57,732 nt of DNA from the IMG/VR virus record IMGVR_UViG_3300049793_000038, positions 1 through 57,732 of that record. One strand, 5' to 3'. This document shows, one piece after another, positions 45,497 to 54,905 of this stretch. Position 1 is the stretch's first letter, and each line of letters opens with the position of its first letter. The stretch is from a virus (lineage: Duplodnaviria; Caudoviricetes). Position numbers and translations under genes: made by a program. The notes under the pieces were generated by a model. The model was not told the DNA's origin and did no database searches. It saw only the letters and a program-made list of their open reading frames with translations.

Positions 45497-45889
45497 TTAC
45501 CTTTCAACATATTGTCTTAACCTAATTCCAATGATGTTCTCGAACTGTGTAATGAACTCAGAGAACCCAGCATCTGGCAGGAATGGTCTAGCTAGCATCT
45601 TTGATGTGCCATCTTGTAAATACTGTGCGTATTCAACATTGGTTGTTATTGTTACAGAAGACCAGCCACTTACATGATCAGCAATAGATCCCATCAACAT
45701 GCCTGAGGCCACACCAGGAAACCCCCCAGGGCTGCTAGGACTGCCAGCAGACTCCATGCCTTCATGTATGCGCTCAACCCACTTGGTTCCTATTTCATTC
45801 ATGGCTGTTTGCAGTGGAGTTTTTAATGTGTTAAGCTTATTGATTGACTTCATCAAGCCATCCATACCACTTACTGTAACACTTATCAT
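45497..45889 (-). CDS. HK97 gp10-like neck protein
   Basis: SGMLMGSI, NVEYAQYLQDGTSKMLARPFL. Confidence 0.82.
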   Translation of the reverse strand: MISVTVSGMDGLMKSINKLNTLKTPLQTAMNEIGTKWVERIHEGMESAGSPSSPGGFPGVASGMLMGSIADHVSGWSSVTITTNVEYAQYLQDGTSKMLARPFLPDAGFSEFITQFENIIGIRLRQYVER

Positions 45890-46299
45890 GTTACAGCATT
45901 CACTTTAGACGCTGCACTAGATGTAGAGCCTGATAGTACAGCTTCTAGTTTTAAGAACTTATTCTGTTCATCAAGGTTAGTGAACCTAAGTATATCGTAA
46001 TACTTACTCGCATAGCTTATGAATGTTTCATTGGTAACATCAGATCTATAGCGAATATAGAATATGTGTGTTGGCTGTACGGCGGTAGCACCACCTAGAT
46101 CAACCCCGTTAATCACTGAAACTGATTTAGGTGTTTCAATCATACTATAGACATCTGCAATTGTTGACAGCACTTCTGTATAATCGAAGTCACCCCCTTG
46201 GGGTGGTGTGAGTACACGTGTGAGTAGTGAGATCTTCCGATTAAGCGAACCAGCACAGAGTGTGTAACAAGTTTTGGAAAGAACTACTGATTTTACCAT
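45886..46299 (-). CDS. Head closure (stopper) protein
   Basis: AGSLNRKI, THIFYIRYRSDV, YDI..FTNLDEQNKFL. Confidence 0.82.
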   Translation of the reverse strand: MVKSVVLSKTCYTLCAGSLNRKISLLTRVLTPPQGGDFDYTEVLSTIADVYSMIETPKSVSVINGVDLGGATAVQPTHIFYIRYRSDVTNETFISYASKYYDILRFTNLDEQNKFLKLEAVLSGSTSSAASKVNAVT

Positions 46300-46946
46300 G
46301 AATATCTCCTATGAGGAGGGTATGGGACTAGTTCAACAATTCTATACGAATCTAATAATCCTCTAGCACCACTTGGGATACCTGTAGCACAAGGTCCGCA
46401 ACCAGCTTCTGCTGTACCGCAGTCTCCACGATTCTCGTATAGGTTGGCAACCATCATGGATATTGCTAGCTTAATAGCTGATGGCACGGATGCAGCTGCA
46501 CCATAACCTGCAGTGAATGTAATTCTAACTGCTTGTTCTTTATTAAAGACTTGTGGCCATATATATGTGGGAGCTAGTTTAATTCTAGAGTAAGCCGGAT
46601 CAAAGACCGTGGTGTATGTTGCAGAAGACAAGAGGGTGTTAACGTTACTTATGTCATCATAATATATATTAGTAATCGCTATTAATGGGGATCTACGCAA
46701 TTCTATGATGTCTTCAAAGTAATCTCGGTATGTGATATATGTTTTAGTTACGAAGTCTCTACGTGTGTAGCGCTCAGCTTGATCTGTAGCGGTTGTTATT
46801 AGAAGAGTTAGTAGAGTGTCATCATCTGAGCCAGTTATTCTTAATAATGTTTTTATCTCTGTTAAAGAAACAGGAAGTTCAGATGCAGCTGTAACTAACT
46901 TATACGGGTAAGCACATGGGGAGGTTGTATCTATATAGGATGACAT
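46293..46946 (-). CDS. Head-tail connector (adaptor) protein
   Basis: PVSLTEIKTLLRI..DDDTLL, ITFTAGYG, VPSAIKLAISMMVANLYENR. Confidence 0.88.
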   Translation of the reverse strand: MSSYIDTTSPCAYPYKLVTAASELPVSLTEIKTLLRITGSDDDTLLTLLITTATDQAERYTRRDFVTKTYITYRDYFEDIIELRRSPLIAITNIYYDDISNVNTLLSSATYTTVFDPAYSRIKLAPTYIWPQVFNKEQAVRITFTAGYGAAASVPSAIKLAISMMVANLYENRGDCGTAEAGCGPCATGIPSGARGLLDSYRIVELVPYPPHRRYSW

Positions 46947-47009
46947 GTGTGAACTCCACTAAAGTTAGCTTAAAATGAGGAATGCTAGTTAACGTCCAGT
47001 ATTAAGACG

Positions 47010-47077
47010 TGCACATGTGGGGCGTTAAGTCCACCTCCAGCGATCAATCACGCTGTACTACTCTATACGAATGTGCA
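47010..47077 (-). ncRNA. Degenerate tRNA-like cloverleaf
   Basis: TGCACAT/ATGTGCA closing stem; TC-GTAT..GTAC D-like arm; AGCG/CGCT arm; GTGG/CCAC arm lacking TTCRA. Confidence 0.4.
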
Positions 47078-47079
47078 GT

Positions 47080-47216
47080 TGGCCCCATCGGGACTCGAAC
47101 CCGAATTCCCTTCCCTACAAGCACGGAAGGATCCTTATTACTGCTCATGTCTTACGACATCTCAGATTTCCCATAGTGAGCGGTTTACAACTTCCAGCTC
47201 ATTAGACGATAGGGTC
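47080..47216 (-). ncRNA. tRNA-like RNA with an expanded D-loop and a non-canonical anticodon loop
   Basis: Acceptor GACCCTA/TGGGGCC; TC-GTCT...GGAT D stem; CCTTCC/GGAAGG stem with a 10-nt loop; perfect TCGGG-TTCGAGT-CCCGA T arm. Confidence 0.7.
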
Positions 47217-47227
47217 ATATTTTAAAT

Positions 47228-47698
47228 TTAAACGCCGTATGCAAACCAATGAATCACTTGGCCTTCTACAGTGTTATAAGTTGAACCATCAGCCACTACT
47301 AAATTACCTCCAGTGAAGGTTACATCAGCATCTGCTGTTACCACGTTATTTGTAGCATCTAAAACCATTACTTGAACAGTTGCAACAGTAGTTAAACCAG
47401 TTGCGATTGTCAAAGTATTAGCAACAGCCTCACCTGCGGTAGTACTGTGAGCACCCGCGGCAATAAGCTTTCCAGCTACAGGAGCTGCTACAACATAACC
47501 AGCTGTGTTCACTCCATCAATAGTGTTAAGTTCAGCAGCTGATGCTGTTACATCTGTGCTGAGCATGTTGTTAATGTCATCTGCTGTTGCAGTAACAGCA
47601 GTTCCACCTATTTTCCAGGTTCCGTCTAGGTTAAGTACGTTATCCGTACCTCCCCCAGCTGGTTGTGAGAAATAGTTTGCAGAAGTATTATTAGCCAT
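47228..47698 (-). CDS. Putative head decoration / head fiber protein
   Basis: Follows the capsid genes; VTATADDIN / VTASAAELN repeats; T/A/G-rich. Confidence 0.6.
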   Translation of the reverse strand: MANNTSANYFSQPAGGGTDNVLNLDGTWKIGGTAVTATADDINNMLSTDVTASAAELNTIDGVNTAGYVVAAPVAGKLIAAGAHSTTAGEAVANTLTIATGLTTVATVQVMVLDATNNVVTADADVTFTGGNLVVADGSTYNTVEGQVIHWFAYGV

Positions 47699-47711
47699 CT
47701 TTATCTACTCC

Positions 47712-48119
47712 TTATACTAATTGAGTAGTGTAAGGCGCTTTTAATGGATGTCCACCAATACAGATCAAAGATCCATCAATAACACCAGAGTTAGCAGATG
47801 GTGTAATAGTGCAACGTACATAGCGCGCATTACCAGCGTAACCAATCTTAGCGCTCTTATTGTCAGAACTGAATAATAGACCAAGAGCTTCAACACCAAT
47901 CAGAAAAGTATCTGAAACAGCAGTGAAGGTACTGTTATCATCAGAATCTTCAACAAGAATAACAAAGGTTGCGTCAACATCAGCAATAGACCCAAAAGAG
48001 GCAATGAAGGTAACTGATTCAAAACCAGCTCGGTCAGCAGATGCGATGAAAGCAGTGTTACCTGTTTCTTGTTTCACATGGTCTGCTATGACCTTTATAT
48101 TGTTACATAGATCGTACAT
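47712..48119 (-). CDS. Putative capsid decoration protein
   Basis: Directly after the MCP; DRAGFES, VEDSDDNSTF, GYAGNARYVR. Confidence 0.65.
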   Translation of the reverse strand: MYDLCNNIKVIADHVKQETGNTAFIASADRAGFESVTFIASFGSIADVDATFVILVEDSDDNSTFTAVSDTFLIGVEALGLLFSSDNKSAKIGYAGNARYVRCTITPSANSGVIDGSLICIGGHPLKAPYTTQLV

Positions 48120-48138
48120 TTATATCTCTCCAACTAGG

Positions 48139-49236
48139 TTAAGCACTGATTGTCATAGTGACAAGAGCGTCTGGATTAACAACAGCACCACCAAGACGGC
48201 GGTTCATAACGAACTTAACTTGACGGCTGGAAGCTAAAGTATAATCATCACGAATGATGCCCATGCCTTGACGTTCAACAATCATGTAAGCTTCTTGGAA
48301 ATCACCAAGAACAACTGGAACAGCACTTGCACCAATAGCAGGCATATCTTGCATAAGAACAACAGGAACACCAGCAATGCTACCAGCAACGTTACCTAAA
48401 GCTAAGTTTGGATTTCCGTCTAAGCCTTCATCAAGAAGATACTCACCTTGACCATTCTTCAACTTACGAGCAGCTACATATGTAGCACGATTCATAATGA
48501 ATGTTGGGTTACGATACTTGAACGCAGCTAACATATCCCAGAAAGCGTCTGCTGTTAGAAGTGTGGCATGTCCAGAGTTAACATTGGTCATTCCAGACGC
48601 ATTCAAGATACCTTGTGCACGATCAACCCCGTTACCATTTATAAAAGCTGCGCCTTCAAACTGAGCAAACTTTTGAGCGGCACGCATGTTGATTTCACCA
48701 ATCATGTCGAATGCGGAGTCATTCAAGATTTCATAAGTCATACGAGCTTCAGCCATTACTGGATGAGCAGGGATGGTTACACGGCCATAACCTGGTTGTG
48801 ATTCAGTCACCGTACCGCCTTCACCAGCCGCATATACAGTCATATCACTTTCGTTTGTGTTTACGTCAAGTGACTTACCTGAAATAGTTACAACGCGAGC
48901 AAGTCTACGGAAGTCAGACACTTCTATAATCTTATGTATGATCTGGTTATACATATCCTGTGGAACTAAGTACCCACCATCTGTATCACGATCAGTGCGA
49001 AGATACTTCTCTTCTTTTGTCCTTAGGTAAGAATCAAAAGCTTTTACGTCATCTGATCTTTCAGACTGAGCGGCACCTGATGGAACTCTGTACATCTGTT
49101 TCTCCATGGAAGCCAAGCTAGCTTTCAATTCTTCAATAGTTGCTTCAAGGTTTGATTTCTCTTCAGCAGGCGCAGCTGCTTTCTTTTCCATCAAATCACT
49201 TATCTCTGTGATAAGAGTTTTAGTTTCGGTATTCAT
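48139..49236 (-). CDS. HK97-fold major capsid protein
   Basis: N-terminal coiled-coil delta domain, DGGYLVP, EILNDS, AFINGNG, GVPVV..DMP, GDFQEAY, RRLGG. Confidence 0.95.
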   Translation of the reverse strand: MNTETKTLITEISDLMEKKAAAPAEEKSNLEATIEELKASLASMEKQMYRVPSGAAQSERSDDVKAFDSYLRTKEEKYLRTDRDTDGGYLVPQDMYNQIIHKIIEVSDFRRLARVVTISGKSLDVNTNESDMTVYAAGEGGTVTESQPGYGRVTIPAHPVMAEARMTYEILNDSAFDMIGEINMRAAQKFAQFEGAAFINGNGVDRAQGILNASGMTNVNSGHATLLTADAFWDMLAAFKYRNPTFIMNRATYVAARKLKNGQGEYLLDEGLDGNPNLALGNVAGSIAGVPVVLMQDMPAIGASAVPVVLGDFQEAYMIVERQGMGIIRDDYTLASSRQVKFVMNRRLGGAVVNPDALVTMTISA

Positions 49237-50247
49237 TTAATATAAGTCCTCTTTAATAAGATTGCGAAGTTTCGTGAGTAGATCTTGGAGTCTAGAATCA
49301 TCATCCATATTGGGGTCTTCAACGGAACCTTCAGGTTCACCAACTGAGAGATCCTTTAACTCCTCATACTTGTCTTTCTCTTCATCTAATGTCTCGCCGT
49401 CAGTGACGTCGGGTTCAGAATTTATGACTGTGTCATCTACAACAGCTAATTCCGGTTCAGGGAGAATAGTTTCAATTGATGTATCGGCGTCAGCTTTGAT
49501 TTCTTCTTCCTCACGAAGTGTACTTTCGACTACTTGAGTCATATCATCATCCTTTTCTTCTAGCTCTATACTCATGAGCTTTTTTACGTCAACTAAGCCA
49601 GCTATCCATTTTGCAGAAGAGCGACTAAACCCTGCCTCTCGCAGGACTTTCTCTAAGTCACTTAATTTTGTGACTATTTCTTTTAGCTCGTCAATTGATT
49701 TGACGGCTGTAATCTTTGCGTTAGGGTTTGCTGGTTCACTCACTACAGAGATTTCCCACAATTCTATTTCTTTTAATTCCCTTACGGCACCATTTACTTC
49801 AAAGTCTAACACTGAGTAACCAATAGACATATCAGATAAAACACCTTGTTTAGCTAGGGCATAAATCTCTTTACCACGCTGTACCTCTAGGTTAATGTCG
49901 CCTTCAACATACAACCCTTTAGCATCTTCTCTCATAGCAGAAGGAAGAAAGGCCCCAATGAGCTCTTTACTATCATGTTGGAAGTACATACGTATAGGGC
50001 GATTGGCCTCTTGATATTGTTTAATGGTTTTACTGAAGGCGCCAGGGATAATCACATCCCCAACTCTATCAAGGTCGTATGTTGCAGCGTACCCACTTAT
50101 ACGACCGAACTGTGTACCATCTTGTGTTAATTCTTTAACTTCTACAGTTTCAAAATTAAACTTAGTATACAAAACAACCGGTTGTTCTGGGACAGTAACG
50201 ACCATTTCAGGGGGTTGTTCTGGATTTAAATCTGTAATGCTAGTCAT
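49237..50247 (-). CDS. HK97-type prohead protease with an acidic C-terminal extension
   Basis: ISGYAA, DVIIPGAF, FQHD, GLYVEG, MSIGY, LWEISVVSEPANP; start after AAAGGA. Confidence 0.92.
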   Translation of the reverse strand: MTSITDLNPEQPPEMVVTVPEQPVVLYTKFNFETVEVKELTQDGTQFGRISGYAATYDLDRVGDVIIPGAFSKTIKQYQEANRPIRMYFQHDSKELIGAFLPSAMREDAKGLYVEGDINLEVQRGKEIYALAKQGVLSDMSIGYSVLDFEVNGAVRELKEIELWEISVVSEPANPNAKITAVKSIDELKEIVTKLSDLEKVLREAGFSRSSAKWIAGLVDVKKLMSIELEEKDDDMTQVVESTLREEEEIKADADTSIETILPEPELAVVDDTVINSEPDVTDGETLDEEKDKYEELKDLSVGEPEGSVEDPNMDDDSRLQDLLTKLRNLIKEDLY

Positions 50248-50260
50248 AGATATTTCCTTT

Positions 50261-51151
50261 TTAGCCCCAGGCCAAATCAACGGATCCATAGAAGTTTGTA
50301 CTTGAGCTTGTAGCTGATCCCGCAAACATTAACCATGTTAGGCACGCACCATCTTGAATTTGTGGAAGGGATGGAAGTTGGTTCATTAAGTCCCGCTCGC
50401 CAGCTACTCCAGCCGTTGTCAGTGGGACTGTCAATAGTGGTTTGCATATAACGAGGGATGCAACACCTGCACCCGATGGTGCGGCACTCAATTTAAATGT
50501 TAAGTACTTCTTTATACCAGTACCACCAGATGCCAGTGGAAGGAACGGGCCAAAGTTATTAGCAGCTGTACCACTATGTGTTATATGTGTAGCAACGGCA
50601 GATGCTGTACAGGATATGGTTCCTGGATGCTGCACCGTGGCGTTTGCTGTATCCGTATACTCAGTACCGGTAGCGGCTGTATTATCAATGTTATGAGCAG
50701 TGGCACCAAGGCTTGTACTAATGGACAAGAAAGACCTAAGTCCAACACCATTTGTGTATCGTGTAAGCGTTGTAGTATTAGTTAATGTCTGCTGTGATGC
50801 AGTAGCCATACTAATACCTGGATAGTATAAACACATATCAACAAGCATTAGTATTGTTGGAACGCCAGTAGAAGCGGCTGTAACAGCTGCAACATTTATA
50901 ACATGCTTAGTATCTGTCGACACGTTGCCGCCATGGTATAAACCAAATCCTGTCGTATCAGTAGGTACTTGAGCTGCAAGCGCTGAACCACTCCAGGTAT
51001 TAGCTATTGGACTTCCAGCACAGGAGGATAAATCGTACCACCGACCGGCTGTAAAGGCGTCGCCTCCAGTTTGTTTATTCCAGTCAGCTCTATTGTATTT
51101 ACCGTTTACTGTGACTTCATTTATAAAGTCATCATTTGATGTCCAACCCAT
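50261..51151 (-). CDS. Putative virion structural protein (paralog 1)
   Basis: T/G/A/S-rich; LYYPGI, LTRYTNGVG, GPFLPLASG shared with 51176-52075. Confidence 0.6.
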   Translation of the reverse strand: MGWTSNDDFINEVTVNGKYNRADWNKQTGGDAFTAGRWYDLSSCAGSPIANTWSGSALAAQVPTDTTGFGLYHGGNVSTDTKHVINVAAVTAASTGVPTILMLVDMCLYYPGISMATASQQTLTNTTTLTRYTNGVGLRSFLSISTSLGATAHNIDNTAATGTEYTDTANATVQHPGTISCTASAVATHITHSGTAANNFGPFLPLASGGTGIKKYLTFKLSAAPSGAGVASLVICKPLLTVPLTTAGVAGERDLMNQLPSLPQIQDGACLTWLMFAGSATSSSTNFYGSVDLAWG

Positions 51152-51175
51152 TAGTTCGCTCCAATATTCGTGTTA

Positions 51176-52075
51176 TTAATTCCAGACAAATTTAGCATCG
51201 CCAATCAGCCGTCCAGATGATATATTACCATTTGGGAACCCTAAGCAATTAAGTACTGCCCCATCATAAACTCTTATTGGTACAGGAAGGGTAGTTCCAT
51301 AGGACTTCTCAGAAGGGTACATTACAACAGTATTTACATCATGAGTAACTGTAGTCATCAATAGTGGATACACCAACACCACCGCCATGGTTCCGGTATT
51401 TGTACCGGTAAGGATCACCGACTCAATACTTCGGACGCCTGTGTCGCCAGATTGCAGCGGTATGTACGGACCTAGTTGAGACGGGTTATCACTTGGAAAT
51501 TGTTGATTATTAGTACCACAACTTAGTAGGTTACCAACCCCAGCAGACGCTGTAGTCAGCTTGACTGGAAATGAGGTCCGGCTTCCAACACCTGCTTGGT
51601 TCGTGTATGTTACTGCTATAGTTCCAGTAGCTACAGCCGCTCCACTAGTATTCACAACCATCATCTTCACACCCGACCCAGTGGTGTATCTCGGCAGTAT
51701 ACTCACATTCGTCATAGTTTGTGTGAGAATACTTGTAGCATCAATACCCGGGTAGTACAGCAATATATCATGTACTGCGTATGGCCCATAGTATATAGCA
51801 GTTTGTTGACCATAAAGGTTAAAGCCAGTTAGAAACCTGCCAGCTGGTGATACATCAGGACCTACATAAATACCCGAATTAGCTGTTGGTATTGTGGCGG
51901 TTAGTGCTGAACCAGTATATGTAGAGGCAGTAGTAGAGCCACCAAAATAGGACATATCTAACCAGGTAGCTCCACAGGGAGATGTTAAGGAGTAAATAAA
52001 TGAAGAGTATAAAGTCTGTCCATAGGTGATATCTGCATCTACATATGTAGTGATATTCTGAAAACCTACTGCCAT
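51176..52075 (-). CDS. Putative virion structural protein (paralog 2)
   Basis: LYYPGI, LPRYTTGSG, GPYIPLQSGDTGVRSI. Confidence 0.6.
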   Translation of the reverse strand: MAVGFQNITTYVDADITYGQTLYSSFIYSLTSPCGATWLDMSYFGGSTTASTYTGSALTATIPTANSGIYVGPDVSPAGRFLTGFNLYGQQTAIYYGPYAVHDILLYYPGIDATSILTQTMTNVSILPRYTTGSGVKMMVVNTSGAAVATGTIAVTYTNQAGVGSRTSFPVKLTTASAGVGNLLSCGTNNQQFPSDNPSQLGPYIPLQSGDTGVRSIESVILTGTNTGTMAVVLVYPLLMTTVTHDVNTVVMYPSEKSYGTTLPVPIRVYDGAVLNCLGFPNGNISSGRLIGDAKFVWN

Positions 52076-52079
52076 TTAA

Positions 52080-52490
52080 TCAATCCTCTGTAAATACTAT
52101 AGCTCCAGCTGCAAACTGTGGTTGAATACCATTAGTGACAGCAAGTGATGAAGTTAAAGCACCTGAGTATAGTATCTGTCCCGCTCCTGATGCTGCTGTC
52201 CCAATAGAGAAATGTGTGATTATATTCGAGCCCCCACTAGCTGCTACAAACTGTAACAGGCTGTCATTAGTAACACTGCCTCCAGTTACTGTCCAAGCGC
52301 CTGCATCCCGATCGACAGCCTTGCGAGCATAGCTTGCGTAGGTTGCTTCACTGGTAGTTTGATCTCCAGCTTCACCAGGATCTGCCGTATGCAGGGCCAT
52401 ATAGAGACTCACATTACCATCCCATGAGAAGGTGGTGCCTGTAAATGTATAAGACAAGAAATCTGTTTCTAGTGTGTTACCTTTACTCAT
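52080..52490 (-). CDS. Putative virion structural protein
   Basis: ALHTADPGEAG, SYARKAV, ITHFSIG, ILYSGAL, a pattern recurrent in phage virion proteins. Confidence 0.65.
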   Translation of the reverse strand: MSKGNTLETDFLSYTFTGTTFSWDGNVSLYMALHTADPGEAGDQTTSEATYASYARKAVDRDAGAWTVTGGSVTNDSLLQFVAASGGSNIITHFSIGTAASGAGQILYSGALTSSLAVTNGIQPQFAAGAIVFTED

Positions 52491-52594
52491 TGTAAGTCCT
52501 TTTTATCTTTACGTGCTTTTAATATTTCTCGTAAACGCTTTACAAGCTTTTTACGTAGCTCACTCTTGAAAGGCTTTCTATGATTATGTATCAT
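52487..52594 (-). CDS. Highly basic micropeptide (35 aa, not in ORF track)
   Basis: MIHNHRKPFKSELRKKLVKRLREILKARKDKKDLQ; ATGA overlaps with both neighbours. Confidence 0.55.
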   Translation of the reverse strand: MIHNHRKPFKSELRKKLVKRLREILKARKDKKDLQ

Positions 52595-53571
52595 TCACCT
52601 TCTCCATCACGACCATCACTATATATAGTGCTACACCGGCAATTACAAACATTCTCAGGACTACCGCCATCATCACCAGGATAATCTAATGCTTCACCAC
52701 CAACTTCAAATGGCTCATCTGCTGGAACTTCCTGTCCATCAGCATCAGCATGCTCCGGTCTAGTAACATCATCAAGTACAGCAATCCAGGTCTTAGTAAC
52801 AGTAAGCTCAGCTAACAAGGCACTTAATCCGCCAGCATCAGCTATATCTTCTTCTGTAATGTCTATACCATCTGATAATTCATCTAGCGCTGCTAATATA
52901 TCGGGATCATCCGTATCTGAAAGATCATTTAGTTGATCATCATTTAGATCATCAATGGCTTCTTCAACTTCTATCTTCTTTGTGGTCTCTATAGGGTAAG
53001 TTGTTTCCGTTAGGGAAATAGCTAGAGCTCTAGAATTAATACGTTTGTAGTAGTATTCTCTGGTAAACTTAGCTATATCCTCATAGGATAACATGATTCC
53101 AGCCCTGAAGGCTTCTGTATCTATCTTGTCAATATATCGTCGAATCTCAAGCTCTGTGGTAGCTGTAATGCTACCAGCTCGCTCAGTGGAAATCTTCTCA
53201 AAAAGTTCTTCGAGACGGATCCTTATACGTGTGTCGAGCTCAGGCTCCCCATAATCTTTTGTTTCTACTTTGTAATCCCAGGCTTTAGTATTAACCTGTA
53301 ATGTATTCCAATGCTTAGTAGCTGAGTCTCTAGTAAATGATATAAATAACCTTGCTGTTCTTTTATAGTGTCGTACTAATAAAGTCTTGAGCTCTTGCTT
53401 CATCTCACTTGGAAAATAGAAGACACCAGAGTCGCGGACGAACTGTGTTACTTGGGAAGTGTAACGACGGAAAGTTCGTCGGATTTCTTGTTCTAATTTT
53501 TGTTCTAGAACGACTCTGACACGCAACTGTCTTTGGAGGGCTTCTCGTTGCGTGGGTGTTAGTTTTGCCAT
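52591..53571 (-). CDS. Minor head protein (Mu gpF / SPP1 gp7 family)
   Basis: RALAISLTET, KTWIAVLDDVTRPEH, YPGD..GSPENVCNCRC. Confidence 0.88.
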   Translation of the reverse strand: MAKLTPTQREALQRQLRVRVVLEQKLEQEIRRTFRRYTSQVTQFVRDSGVFYFPSEMKQELKTLLVRHYKRTARLFISFTRDSATKHWNTLQVNTKAWDYKVETKDYGEPELDTRIRIRLEELFEKISTERAGSITATTELEIRRYIDKIDTEAFRAGIMLSYEDIAKFTREYYYKRINSRALAISLTETTYPIETTKKIEVEEAIDDLNDDQLNDLSDTDDPDILAALDELSDGIDITEEDIADAGGLSALLAELTVTKTWIAVLDDVTRPEHADADGQEVPADEPFEVGGEALDYPGDDGGSPENVCNCRCSTIYSDGRDGEGE

Positions 53572-53592
53572 TAAGGTCTCCGTTGTCTAATA

Positions 53593-54897
53593 TTAATAGA
53601 CAAATCTATTATTCTTTAATAGTTTATCCACTTCAGCTTGTGCATTGGGATCAGAGTCAATTGGCATCATAGTTGATGGTATGTAAACAACATCTCCACC
53701 AGAGAGTGGTTCATATCCCATAACAAATCTAAGTTCATTTAGTGTTAACACACCTGAAGACTGTAAAGCTTGAACCTTATCTACACGACGAGGCTCTAGG
53801 GCTTCCAAGGACTCGGGGTCATATGAGAGTGTTAGGAGTTCTTTCTTGTCGTACCTAAACATTAGGAAAGCAGTCATTTCACTGAGCAGCTTATCTAACA
53901 AAGGAAGTACAGCATTATCATAAAAGTTTAATACCGAACTCTTCATATTGTCATATGTGGAAAACTCTGCATTAACTAACGGTAATGGGATTCTAAATGC
54001 AGTAAAGATAGTGTTTGTAATACTAGACTTTAGTGTGGCGAAATCCATGTCCTTATTACTCTGAGACATCTCCTGGAAATCCGCATTCTCTAAAAGAAGA
54101 AGACGTCCAGCATTTTTACTTCCAGAGTAGAATGAATCGACTTGCTGTTGATAACGATTAAATTGATCATCTGTTAGCATCTCTGAGAACTTAAGAGCAC
54201 CACTTGGACGGGCCCCTCTTTTAAGTAGTGATAGGTTGTGTGTTGATGATTCTAAGTACTGATCAAGCTCTAAAGAGATTGGATTCAGAGGACTCATACC
54301 CATAAGCTGTCCAGCATATATGCGAGGGCTGTACGTCTTTATATGCCATATCTCAGTTTCAGCTCCATCAAAGTATCTAAAGTGACCATTAACTTCTTTA
54401 CGGGAAAACACCCTACTAGAGTTAGCACTAGTGTTTACTGTAATCGTATCTAAGTAACCATCAGTGCCTTCTTTTAAATTAACAGACATTGGGTTTACAA
54501 TCTGTAACTCCAGTGGAGGCCTGTTAACGGGACCAGTTGCAATAACAAATACATTACCCATTAGAAGGTAGAAGTTAGACAGTTGAATAAAGAACTCAGT
54601 ACCAGAGCACTGTGCGTTAGGCCTTTCAATAAGGTCTAGCAGTGGATGGTTATAAACTAGTTCATCTGCTGTTGGGTTATTAATAGCTAATGTAATTGTA
54701 GCTACAGAAGTTGAGATCATATCGACAGCTGTAAATAGGGGGGCGACTTGAGTGTAATAGTTAGCAGCCTCTTGTGGTGTTACAGTTGTGCTTGTACCAT
54801 TATAGCCATAAACACCATTAGTTAAGTAAGAATCATAGAACTTACGCTCTGCAACTGGCTTACTTTTGGAAAACAGTTTAGAGAAGAAGTTCGTCAT
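53593..54897 (-). CDS. HK97-family portal protein
   Basis: HPLLDLIERPN, GMSPL, GARPSG, NAGR, DMDF, LTLNELR..GYEPL.GGD. Confidence 0.93.
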   Translation of the reverse strand: MTNFFSKLFSKSKPVAERKFYDSYLTNGVYGYNGTSTTVTPQEAANYYTQVAPLFTAVDMISTSVATITLAINNPTADELVYNHPLLDLIERPNAQCSGTEFFIQLSNFYLLMGNVFVIATGPVNRPPLELQIVNPMSVNLKEGTDGYLDTITVNTSANSSRVFSRKEVNGHFRYFDGAETEIWHIKTYSPRIYAGQLMGMSPLNPISLELDQYLESSTHNLSLLKRGARPSGALKFSEMLTDDQFNRYQQQVDSFYSGSKNAGRLLLLENADFQEMSQSNKDMDFATLKSSITNTIFTAFRIPLPLVNAEFSTYDNMKSSVLNFYDNAVLPLLDKLLSEMTAFLMFRYDKKELLTLSYDPESLEALEPRRVDKVQALQSSGVLTLNELRFVMGYEPLSGGDVVYIPSTMMPIDSDPNAQAEVDKLLKNNRFVY

Positions 54898-54905
54898 TTA
54901 ATACC

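Noticed and set aside
47080-47216. Canonical tRNA or tmRNA
   Set aside because: No 7-nt anticodon loop, so no anticodon can be assigned; the insertion is in the D-loop; too short for tmRNA and no tag ORF
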